Shown one piece after another: positions 1 to 7,700 of a stretch of DNA of 45,608 nucleotides; within the stretch, counting starts at the first letter, position 1; each line of letters starts with the position of its first letter. Origin of the DNA: a virus; the IMG/VR virus record IMGVR_UViG_3300022917_000004, positions 1 through 45,608 of that record; one strand, written 5' to 3'. The notes beneath the pieces are model-generated. The model ran no database searches. It saw only the letters and a program-made list of their open reading frames with translations, and was not told the origin of the DNA. The translations under genes were made by a program, and so were the position numbers.

Positions 1-50
1 GATATGCGCCGTGGCCCGTGGTGCTGTGGTGCCGCCTCCGCAAGCACCCC
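1..50 (+). repeat. Terminal direct repeat, copy A (identical to 45559..45608)
   Basis: gatatgcgccgtggcccgtggtgctgtggtgccgcctccgcaagcacccc is present at both ends of the window. Confidence 0.95.
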
Positions 51-119
51 GAACGCCAGTATTGGTATAGCGGCAACACTGCTCGCTGCATCAACTGCGG
101 GGATATCTGCGAACGCTAA
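3..119 (+). CDS. 3' part of a 48-aa Cys-rich ORF that starts at 45531 and crosses the contig junction
   Basis: The frame continues from 45531..45608 into 51..119 (stop TAA 117..119). Joined product: MNLFRPRYKRYAPWPVVLWCRLRKHPERQYWYSGNTARCINCGDICER. Confidence 0.5.
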   Translation, partial: YAPWPVVLWCRLRKHPERQYWYSGNTARCINCGDICER

Positions 120-141
120 ACTGCAATAAGAGGCCGCAGAG

Positions 142-303
142 ATGACCAAGTTGGAACTAGAACAGGCCCTTATTGCCGAGCGCGAGCGATGCGCGAAGAT
201 TGCAGAAAATCCCGGCTTCATTCAGGCCCAAGACACCGAATGGGACGCGGGCGTGAACTACGCCAAGCGGTTTATCGCTAACGCGATCCGTAACGCGGAA
301 TGA
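142..303 (+). CDS. Hypothetical protein, 53 aa (below the ORF-track cutoff)
   Basis: ATG at 142 preceded by AAGAGG with an 8-nt spacer; stop TGA 301..303 forms an ATGA overlap with the next ORF; product MTKLELEQALIAERERCAKIAENPGF... Confidence 0.5.
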   Translation: MTKLELEQALIAERERCAKIAENPGFIQAQDTEWDAGVNYAKRFIANAIRNAE

Positions 304-497
304 ACGAGGACGCTATGGGAGAATGGCAACCGATTGAGACTGCCCCAAAGGACGGCTCGCGGTTTCTGTTTTTCAACGGCGAGTGGATGGCGTGCGGTCA
401 CTATCACTTGGGCCAATACTTTGCGGCTGACAGCGGCAACGGACGGCGGCTGCTTGATCCTACTCACTGGATGCCGTTACCGCCCGCGCCAATCTAG
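300..497 (+). CDS. DUF551-like phage protein
   Basis: W-x-P-I-E-T-A-P-K-D-G ... THWMPLPPAP pattern typical of DUF551. Start may be the second ATG at 315, which has the same CGAGGACGCTATG context as the ORF at 45531. Confidence 0.65.
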   Translation: MNEDAMGEWQPIETAPKDGSRFLFFNGEWMACGHYHLGQYFAADSGNGRRLLDPTHWMPLPPAPI

Positions 498-505
498 AGG
501 ACGCA

Positions 506-1003
506 GTGACACGATTGCTCGCGGGCATGACCATGCTGTTGCTGCTGTCGTGTTGCGAAGCGCACGCGTCTCGTTCCTGCATGTCTCACAGCGAAGCGCG
601 GCAAGCCTACCCGCGCGCTTACTTGTACTGGTCTGGCGGCGGCAGAGGCCAACGCTGCTGGAGTAACAGACGCGGACGGCATCGCGTGATTCCGGCCCGT
701 GCGCTCGTTGTCCAAGCGTCTGTGCCGAAGGCGCAAGAGGCGCTTCCGGCCGAACCGAAACCGAAGCCGTATCAGCCACAGTGGGGCTGGGTCTTCGACG
801 TGGTCGCGAATCCCCTCGATCTCTCAGACGAGTATTATTCTACCTTCCCGCCCGGCGAAGAACCCGACGTCTGGCCGCGTCTCGAAACCGCGCAGGTCAA
901 TAAAGACGGCACTGTGATGCTGGTAACGCTAAGCGCCATGACGCTGGTGCTGGCGATCATGTTCCAGCGGTGGCGTGCGCGACGGATCAGAATCACTTGG
1001 TAA
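506..1003 (+). CDS. Predicted lipoprotein with a C-terminal transmembrane anchor (unimolecular-spanin-like or superinfection-exclusion-like topology)
   Basis: GTG start after GAGGA; N-terminus MTRLLAGMTMLLLLSC has a lipobox L-L-S-C; Pro-rich middle; C-terminal hydrophobic VMLVTLSAMTLVLAIMF followed by RWRARR. Confidence 0.55.
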   Translation: MTRLLAGMTMLLLLSCCEAHASRSCMSHSEARQAYPRAYLYWSGGGRGQRCWSNRRGRHRVIPARALVVQASVPKAQEALPAEPKPKPYQPQWGWVFDVVANPLDLSDEYYSTFPPGEEPDVWPRLETAQVNKDGTVMLVTLSAMTLVLAIMFQRWRARRIRITW

Positions 1004-1011
1004 TTTAATTG

Positions 1012-1040
1012 TTGTGACTTGCGGGCGGTGATATTATACA
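1012..1040 (+). promoter_or_regulatory. Candidate sigma70-type promoter (TTGTGA, 17 nt, TATACA)
   Basis: Hexamers read directly in the AT-rich 71-bp gap upstream of the 1075 ORF. Confidence 0.3.
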
Positions 1041-1074
1041 AATCACATTACTCACCAATCGGGGAAGAACGCCA

Positions 1075-1314
1075 ATGCGAGGGATCACGCTAAACTTGGA
1101 CGGCGCGCGGCTGTCCGATCTATATTTCAACTTCGAGCATCCGAACCGGACCAAGCTCTATGACGTCAATCGCGGTGACGAAATCGACCCGGTCGATGCC
1201 GAAGAAGCCGACAAGCTGGACGCCAAGGAATTTGTCGAGATTCTCGGCATCCCCGAGCAGGACCGCGAGGCGTTCGTGGCCGAGCTGGTCAAAGATTTTC
1301 AACACCGAATTTAG
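1075..1314 (+). CDS. Hypothetical acidic protein, 79 aa
   Basis: ORF track; about 19 D/E versus about 10 K/R by my count; GGGGAAG upstream. Confidence 0.6.
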   Translation: MRGITLNLDGARLSDLYFNFEHPNRTKLYDVNRGDEIDPVDAEEADKLDAKEFVEILGIPEQDREAFVAELVKDFQHRI

Positions 1315-1323
1315 GAGCGGCGA

Positions 1324-1494
1324 ATGACCGATCTCAAAGCGACAGCCGAAGCACTCGACGTCTGCCAGTGGTTTTTGCAATGCGAAAACCCCGCCACCAC
1401 CAGCCTGCTGCACCCGGCGCTGGGGGAGGTTTCGTGCTGCGAGCGGTGCGCCGGGTTCGTCAACCGGATGGCCGCCGCGACGGTGCGGCCATGA
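1324..1494 (+). CDS. Hypothetical Cys-rich protein, 56 aa (below the ORF-track cutoff)
   Basis: ATG 1324 preceded by AGGAG with a 6-nt spacer; product MTDLKATAEALDVCQWFLQCENPATTSLLHPALGEVSCCERCAGFVNRMAAATVRP; ATGA overlap with the next ORF. Confidence 0.5.
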   Translation: MTDLKATAEALDVCQWFLQCENPATTSLLHPALGEVSCCERCAGFVNRMAAATVRP

Positions 1495-1676
1495 AGCCCC
1501 GGAAAACCCACTACGTCATGTTGCGGTTGGTGTTCGATAAACCGTGCGACCAAGCCACCGCTGTACGCGGCGCGCGGTACGGGCTGATGACCGACAGGAT
1601 GATTCCGGCGAACATCAGCCGCGAGGAACCGAACACTTTTCGGGTCGACCGCGTCGTCTCGACTAAGCGGGATTGA
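1491..1676 (+). CDS. Hypothetical protein, 61 aa
   Basis: Internal ATG of ORF 1368..1676, coupled by ATGA to the preceding ORF; the upstream part of the long ORF overlaps the 1324 ORF in another frame. Confidence 0.45.
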   Translation: MKPRKTHYVMLRLVFDKPCDQATAVRGARYGLMTDRMIPANISREEPNTFRVDRVVSTKRD

Positions 1677-1683
1677 GGTTTAA

Positions 1684-1702
1684 CGCGGCAGTTTGCGCGG
1701 CA
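1684..1702 (+). repeat. CGCGGCA x2 at 12-bp spacing (candidate integrase arm-type sites, left pair)
   Basis: CGCGGCA at 1684..1690 and 1696..1702. Confidence 0.4.
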
Positions 1703-1909
1703 ATTTCGGCTTTGTTCACGTTTGCGTTGGCACTCACACACTCATAGCCCGTTGATCGAGTTCAACAATTTATTCGAAAATCTCGACAACGACCACTTTT
1801 TCTGAGCCAAACTGACGCGGAGGTTGGGCGGTGTGAGTGACGCCCGACATTGTTTCGTCTGTCTTTTTCACCGATGGAACCCACAAAACACGACAAAAAA
1901 TGACGTTGG

Positions 1910-1928
1910 CGCGGCAGATTACGCGGCA
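1910..1928 (+). repeat. CGCGGCA x2 at 12-bp spacing (candidate integrase arm-type sites, right pair)
   Basis: CGCGGCA at 1910..1916 and 1922..1928, with the same spacing and orientation as the left pair. Confidence 0.4.
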
Positions 1929-1929
1929 A

Positions 1930-3024
1930 CTATTTTTGCCCCGAAACCACCCGAATAGCGTCTCCGAGATTCTGCACGCAGGCGTGCGCGTAGACCCTCC
2001 GGACCGTTTCTTCGGTGTCTCCCAAAAGCTGGGCGACGTGGTAGGTCGAGACCTTGCCGGTGTGCAGCAAGTGTGTGGCGCGGCTGTGGCGCAGTACGTG
2101 GGGGAACCCTTTGTGCTCCAGCTTGAGCGACGCCAGAAGCTGTTTGAAGGGGTAGTAAAAATCCAGCTTCGCCCCGAACAGCCAACCGGTGTGCCCGTTC
2201 TCTGCCAGCATCCGCTCGATTGTCGGCCGCAGCTCGTCTGCAATCGGGACGTGTGGACGGCGCTTTTTGCTGCGCCGCTGGAGGATCGTTTCGTCAGGGT
2301 GCCGAAGGTTGATGGTGCCCTGGATCAAATTGATCTGGCCGGGGGTCAGAACCTCAATGGAGCGCCGCCGCGCGCCCGTGTAGTAAGCGATCATGATGAA
2401 ATCGAGCAGATCGCCCTCTGCCCAGCGGAGCAGCGTCTGAAACTCACCCACGGTCAGCCAGACGGTTTCTTCGGCCACGAACTGCGGCTTGAGGATGACC
2501 GGCATGGGGGTCGGGGGGTCGGCTGTTGGGCCAAGGCGCTTGTTCTTTCGGGCGTGGTTGGCCGCCGTCCCGAGTAGGCCAAGCTCGCGGGCAATCGTGC
2601 TGTCCGCCGCCGCGCCATAGTGCTTGCGCCGGTTCATGCCGCCGCCATGCAATCCTTGACGGCGCGCTTCGGTGTATGCGCGGCACAGCGTCTGATCGAC
2701 GTCTGAAAAAGCCACGTCTCCAAAGAACCCCTGGAGGTTGGCGATGATGTTTTCCTGACGGTCCTGGTCGATCACGCCTTTGGACGCGTGCTCGTCCCAA
2801 TACTGGCGCAAGCCTTGGCCGACAGTCAGTCGAGAACCGACTTGGCCGGTGATCGCGTCCTGATTGGTGAGGAAGGCAGCGAAACGAGCTTTCGCTTCAT
2901 CAGGGTCTCGCGTAGCCAGCGACTTGGACTCCGTCCGTCTTTTCGTCTCGTCATACCAGAAGGCGTACCATCGGCCGTTCTTCCGCGTAGCAAGCCAAGG
3001 GACTCTGCTGATGGGCTTTGCCAT
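1930..3024 (-). CDS. int: Tyrosine recombinase (phage integrase)
   Basis: 364 aa; C-terminal catalytic signature ...ARRRSIEVL..., HVLRHSRATHLL, ...VRRVYAH (R..HxxR..Y); N-terminal SAM-like region. Confidence 0.9.
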   Translation of the reverse strand: MAKPISRVPWLATRKNGRWYAFWYDETKRRTESKSLATRDPDEAKARFAAFLTNQDAITGQVGSRLTVGQGLRQYWDEHASKGVIDQDRQENIIANLQGFFGDVAFSDVDQTLCRAYTEARRQGLHGGGMNRRKHYGAAADSTIARELGLLGTAANHARKNKRLGPTADPPTPMPVILKPQFVAEETVWLTVGEFQTLLRWAEGDLLDFIMIAYYTGARRRSIEVLTPGQINLIQGTINLRHPDETILQRRSKKRRPHVPIADELRPTIERMLAENGHTGWLFGAKLDFYYPFKQLLASLKLEHKGFPHVLRHSRATHLLHTGKVSTYHVAQLLGDTEETVRRVYAHACVQNLGDAIRVVSGQK

Positions 3025-3185
3025 AGGACTCTCTCGATTTGCTCACGCGTGAACCTCGGGCGACCGCTTTTCGTAAAAGACGCTGGCTCCCCGAAAAATC
3101 CGGCCGCGATGTAGCGTTCCACCGTGCGAGTGGAGACGCCCAACATTCCCGCAATCTCACTGTGCTTACTTTTTCGAGTCGTCAT
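2826..3185 (-). CDS. Excisionase/AlpA-like HTH DNA-binding protein; the conserved core covers only the first ~55 codons and the rest overlaps int out of frame
   Basis: From the internal ATG at 3185: MTTRKSKHSEIAGMLGVSTRTVERYIAAGFFGEPASFTKSGRPRFTREQIERVLW matches the MerR/AlpA-type excisionase pattern. The ORF then runs 199 nt into int. Confidence 0.55.
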   Translation of the reverse strand: MTTRKSKHSEIAGMLGVSTRTVERYIAAGFFGEPASFTKSGRPRFTREQIERVLWQSPSAESLGLLRGRTADGTPSGMTRRKDGRSPSRWLRETLMKRKLVSLPSSPIRTRSPAKSVLD

Positions 3186-3612
3186 TAATGAGTTGTGCAA
3201 CCTTGAGGGCACATGCGAGCGACACGACCTGATTGACGCGCAACGAGGCGCGGTCATCGCCCAACACGCGAATATCCAGCGGCGGCGTGGTCTCGCCACG
3301 ACGCGGCAGATTGTTCGCGTTGGGCATCAAGTCTTCGGCGCTAACGCCAAGGGCTTTCGCCAGTGCTTCGAGGTTGACGGGGTTTGGGACGTAGCGCCCG
3401 TGGACATAGCTGGACACTAAATCGCGCCCGAATTGCTTGTCTGGAACGTACTTCGACGCGGCTTTCGCCAGGTCGGTTTGCGTCATCCCTTTTTGGACGA
3501 GCAGACGGTGGAGGCGTTGACCAAACTCACGCTTGAGAACGTCTTTGTGAGCGTAGGCGTCAGTCTCGTTATCAGTCGAGCCAAGACGCCCCATTGGTGG
3601 GGTCTTAGGCAT
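3166..3612 (-). CDS. XRE-family HTH transcriptional regulator (CI-like repressor candidate)
   Basis: QKGMTQTDLAKAASKYV...VSSYVHGRYVPNPVNLEALAKALGVSAEDL is a classic XRE HTH; sits at the head of the xis-int unit; GGGAGC RBS. Confidence 0.75.
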   Translation of the reverse strand: MPKTPPMGRLGSTDNETDAYAHKDVLKREFGQRLHRLLVQKGMTQTDLAKAASKYVPDKQFGRDLVSSYVHGRYVPNPVNLEALAKALGVSAEDLMPNANNLPRRGETTPPLDIRVLGDDRASLRVNQVVSLACALKVAQLINDDSKK

Positions 3613-3723
3613 GATAGCTCCCGGTTATAGTTCTGAGACACGGGCTGGTAGATTTTCTGAATACGACAGGAGGACGTATTGGCGTTTTTATTCTCCGGCG
3701 TAGAGTTTGTTGGGCAGTCCCGC

Positions 3724-3788
3724 TCTCACAATTTAGGTATGCCCATTCGGTCGGGGCGTCAACAGGTAATCCATATTAAATTGTGAGA
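3724..3788. promoter_or_regulatory. 11-bp inverted repeat TCTCACAATTT / AAATTGTGAGA (candidate operator pair) in the repressor upstream region
   Basis: Arms at 3724..3734 and 3778..3788, flanking a minus-strand TTGACG hexamer in the AT-rich 239-bp gap. Confidence 0.45.
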
Positions 3789-3851
3789 ACCACTTGAAAA
3801 TCTTGCAATTGAAACTAACGAGTTAGACTTCTAAGTAGACGGCTTAAAAGA

Positions 3852-4487
3852 CTACGCTACAGCCACGCTTTCCTGTAGTGCGTACAGGAAGGCGCGATGA
3901 TATCCCTCGATAATTTTGCCAATAGACACCCCTCCTGACCATTTCGGGACCGCGGATTTGTCGCCATTTATGATGCCACGGGCATTGTAGGGGTCATCGG
4001 AAGTACCATTGAAGTAACGCGGAAGTGTCTCAGGCTGGCCGTCTTTTGTACGAAACCAGCCCTCAATCATTCCATAAAATAAGACATCACCCGCGATTGT
4101 GAGGTCGAGCGCCTTGTGGGCGTGCCACTCAAGGTTTTCGTGGCTCTCCAGCTTCAACTCTTTGGTTGCCCGCGCGTAATTGTCGCGCCAGGTGAGCTGG
4201 ACGAAGCCCCGTCCGTAATAGGTCTGTTTTGTCTCCGGGTCGGGCGTCCCGTAGTTCATCCCCTTCCCTTTGCCGTATTCCTCAATCGGCCACATCGTCG
4301 AGGCGGTCTCATGCATGGTGGTCGCGAGCGCATAGGCCAGCCAGCGGAAGTCGACCGTGGCCGGGTCGATCTCCCAGCGGTCCAGAATGGCGTCCTGGCC
4401 ATCGACTTGCTGCTGGGTCAGCGTCCCATTGAAAGGGTCCAGACGGACGTGATCGAAGTAGGCTTTGCGGTCGATAACCGGGATCAT
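3852..4487 (-). CDS. Endolysin, glycoside hydrolase family 19 / COG3179 chitinase-like
   Basis: 211 aa from MIPVIDRKAY; MHETASTMWPIEEYG and YYGRGFVQLTWRDNY motifs; ATGA overlap with the upstream gene. Confidence 0.8.
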   Translation of the reverse strand: MIPVIDRKAYFDHVRLDPFNGTLTQQQVDGQDAILDRWEIDPATVDFRWLAYALATTMHETASTMWPIEEYGKGKGMNYGTPDPETKQTYYGRGFVQLTWRDNYARATKELKLESHENLEWHAHKALDLTIAGDVLFYGMIEGWFRTKDGQPETLPRYFNGTSDDPYNARGIINGDKSAVPKWSGGVSIGKIIEGYHRAFLYALQESVAVA

Positions 4488-4765
4488 TTTTTCAATCCGC
4501 CCGTCAGAATGTCCACAATCCGCTCCAGTTGCGCGCTGTTCTTCACTTGGCCTTGCTCCAGCACAGTGATCCGCTGTTTCATTTCTTCCATGCGCGCCAC
4601 GGTGTACTCGGCACCGCGCGTCTCCATCGTGTAGACGCGGGTTTCCATCTTCACCATGTACGCCAGTAGCGAAGCCCCGCCCGCAGCCAGTGCAGCCGCT
4701 TGCGCCAGTAGAAACATAACGAGGGTGTGGTTCTCTCGAAACCAAGAGCGCATCTGGTTGACCAT
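4484..4765 (-). CDS. Single-TM membrane protein with a coiled-coil C-terminal domain (holin or i-spanin-like lysis protein)
   Basis: 93 aa; TM LVMFLLAQAAALAAGGASLLAYMV followed by a heptad-like charged tail; translationally coupled to the endolysin. Confidence 0.5.
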   Translation of the reverse strand: MVNQMRSWFRENHTLVMFLLAQAAALAAGGASLLAYMVKMETRVYTMETRGAEYTVARMEEMKQRITVLEQGQVKNSAQLERIVDILTGGLKK

Positions 4766-7700
4766 CAGCGCCCCGCTGGTTCGTCTTCATCGTCTTCTTG
4801 GACAGCGCCTCTTGCGGCCGTGACGCGGCGAAGCACCTTCTGGAGCTGGGCGTTCCACTTCGGAGTGCCAGCCTCTTTGACGTTGCGCGTGAGCAGCGTC
4901 TGCGCCAGCTCCGGGTCGAACATTGCGCGAGTGATAAGCCGTTCGACCGGGATATTGCTGTCGCCGGTCATCGTCTTAATGGCGACCTTGAGCGTGCGGA
5001 ACATGCCGCCGCCCTTCAAGATGCCGTAGTAGCCCTTTAGCGCCAGCTCCAGCGGACGCATCGCGGCTTCGGTGCTCTCCGCTGTGGTCGAGCCAACCGT
5101 CGCCTGCACGTTGCGTTTGAGTAGTGGACTCAAGACCGTCTGCGCGCGTTGCAGCGCCTGCATTTCGTCGGGCTTCATGCCAGCGGCTATCAGCGTGTCG
5201 CGGTGCTTCTCGAACTTCTTCACCAGCGCGCTCAACTTCACTTCGTAGTCGCCGTGCGCCGGATTGAGCGCACCGACTTCCTTGACGAAGTGATCGGTGA
5301 CGGCAGCTTTCAAAGACGCGTCGGCGTCTGGGTTGTTGCCCATCTTCCGGCGTAGCTCAGCCATGTTTTTCGGCGCGTTCGGACCGTCCATGATCCGGCC
5401 GACTGCTTCGTCTGGTGTGCGGTCTGCGATCTTGCCGACCGGGCCTTGCTGGAGTTCTTTCGTCGTCTCAGCGAGCTTGGTTTCGGCTTGCTTGACCTTG
5501 CCGCCGACACGCGCCGTCAGATCCACGCCGCTGCGGGCATCCGCGACCAGGGTGTCTACTTGGCCACGCAACTCCGGAATGGAGTTGATAACGTCGACGT
5601 TTTTGTTGCGCCATTGGACGAGCTTATCCGGGTCAATCGCGCCGTCTTTAATCACGCCGCCTTGAGCGAGACGGTCCATGATGATGCTTCGCGCGTTGGC
5701 CGCGACCTCGTCCGCGTTGCCGCGCAAGTTCGCAATGTCCATGAGCTGCCGCGCGCTGGACCCACGATTCAAGAACTCCGCGCCAGCGGTCTCAGGCTGG
5801 ACCTGTCCGGGGTTGGTCTTCAAACGCATGTCCAAGCTGCCGCCGACGTTCTCGCGGAAGTTCGGGGCAATGCGTTCGCGGACGTTGGTACGCGCAGCTT
5901 CGATTGCGATTTTACCGGGATGGTCGTCCGGCAACTGGTCGATGGACCGCACAAGGCTGTCTTTCAGCTCTTTGAGCGGCTTGAAGTCTTCGCCGTCTTT
6001 CAGCGAAACTTTGATCTTGGCCTCGATGTCCTTAATCATCTTCGACACTTCCCAACCGGGGAGTGTTCCGGCGTCTTTCGCCGCCTCGATGCGTTTCAGG
6101 AACGGTTCGACCAGGGGGCTTACCGGCGACGAGCCAGTGGCTTTCGAGTGGATTTCCTGCGCCGCTTCCAGTGTCGGGTTTATGTCGACGTGGCTCTCGG
6201 TCCAAGCGGGGTTCGCGTAGAGCGCGTCTTTGCGCTCCCGTTCGAGGACGCGCGTGTTGCGGTACGTGTCGAGAATGTTGGACGACGCTCCCGGCGTCTG
6301 ACCGACGTTCGCGCTGAGTTGATTGGCCTCTGTCTCCAGCGCCTGCTCGACGCCGCGCGCCCTGCCCGCTGGCTGGTCGACCTGACGTTGCCGCGCTTCC
6401 AGCTCCATCGCGGCGCGCTCTTGAGCACGCTTCTGGAACAGCTCCGGATCGACGCCGGGCTGGCGGATCGACTGTACATTCTCAGACGCGGAGTCTCGCA
6501 GCGCCTGGTCCCGCGCGCCAAAGCTGTACGTCTGTTTGGTCTCTGCGGACGCGTTCGGGTCCAGCTCCGTGGGGCCGGGGCCAGCACGCGTCCGCTGGCG
6601 CTTTTCCAGACCGGCCAGGCCGATGTCGTCGGTTAAAAGACCAGTGGTCGGGACCGGCAGTCCCGCGTCCCGGAACTCCTTCGTCCGCTGGCCGATCTGC
6701 GCGGACAGCGCCTCGGGATCGCTCGTCGTCAGACTTCGCAGAAACTTGGTCGCCTCGTCCGCAGTCTGGTTCGAGACGTACATGCCCGTTGTCGGATCTA
6801 CGGAAATGCCGTCCGCCATCTTGTTTCGCGTAATGAGGTTGCCGGTCGTAGTCGGCGCACCCATGACACCGCTCGCCAGCGTGCCGCCGCTCACGCCGCC
6901 AACGAGCTGCGCGAAAATATCGGACAGCACGCCAACCGAGCCGCCGCCCCTGGCGCGGACGTCTTCCGGGATCTGTTGCGCGCCGGTCAGCGCCGCGCCG
7001 CCCGTCGCACCGGCCGCAGTGTCTCCAATGACCGTCTTTACCGGCGCATCGAAATACGGCCGCACGAACTTGTCGCTCCGCAACGGCATCGCGCCTGGCT
7101 TTGCCAATTCAAGCGCACGCGCGCCCGCTGCTTTGCTGAGCGCCAGCCCCGAACCGAGACCTTCCGTGCCGAGCTGGACGACGTTCGAAAGAGTTTTTTC
7201 CTTGAGCGAGTTTGGCTCGACCGCCTCGTAGCCAGCCTTCTCAGCGAGATCGGACGCGATGCCTTTCACGAAGTCGGTCGGTAGCTGCCGGTTCGGCATC
7301 CCCTCGGGGCGCACGATCCGGGGAGTGCTGAAATCCCCAAGCCCCAAGATCTTCGCGCCAACGCCAGCGACAGTGTCGGCGGCCTTGTACGCGCCATGCT
7401 CGATGCCCTTCGCGGCCAGGGCCGGAATATCGAACAGCATCCCAGGGACGTTGACCGCCCCGCTGCCAGCGGCTTGCAACGCGATCTTGCCAGCCCGCCC
7501 CGCCTGCATATCCGGGTCGGGAAACGATCCTGCCGGGTCCGGGAACGCCCTGGCGGGTGGCACTTGATCGTCACCCACCATCGGGACGTCGAACCCCGGA
7601 ATGCCAGCGACCGGATCGCCGCCACCCGCTGGCCATTGCGCCGTGCGCGCGGCGGGGCCGATTACGGACGGCTGCGTGGCGAAAGTGTTCGGCTGGAAGG

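Larger units (their letters stand above)
1677..1929. other. Candidate attP region
   Basis: Non-coding 253 bp directly downstream of the integrase, bracketed by paired CGCGGCA repeats, with A/T tracts inside. Confidence 0.4.

Noticed and set aside
1-50. Interpreting the 50-bp terminal repeat as a genuine T7-like direct terminal repeat.
   Set aside because: The repeat lies inside an ORF that reads across the junction, and it is short. An assembly overlap of a circular or permuted molecule is more parsimonious, although this remains untested.
1677-1929. Search for a tRNA gene or a tRNA 3' fragment in the attP candidate, and for a tRNA in the hairpin cluster at 40008..40096.
   Set aside because: No acceptor stem, T-arm GTTCRANYC or CCA-proximal pattern could be assembled by eye. 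No tRNA is claimed, and tRNAscan-SE should confirm.
3852-4790. 312-aa version of the endolysin ORF with a ~100-aa N-terminal extension.
   Set aside because: The extension is G/R/H-rich nonsense-like sequence that overlaps the well-formed 93-aa membrane protein gene in another frame. The ATG at 4487 forms an ATGA junction with that gene and yields a complete GH19 domain.
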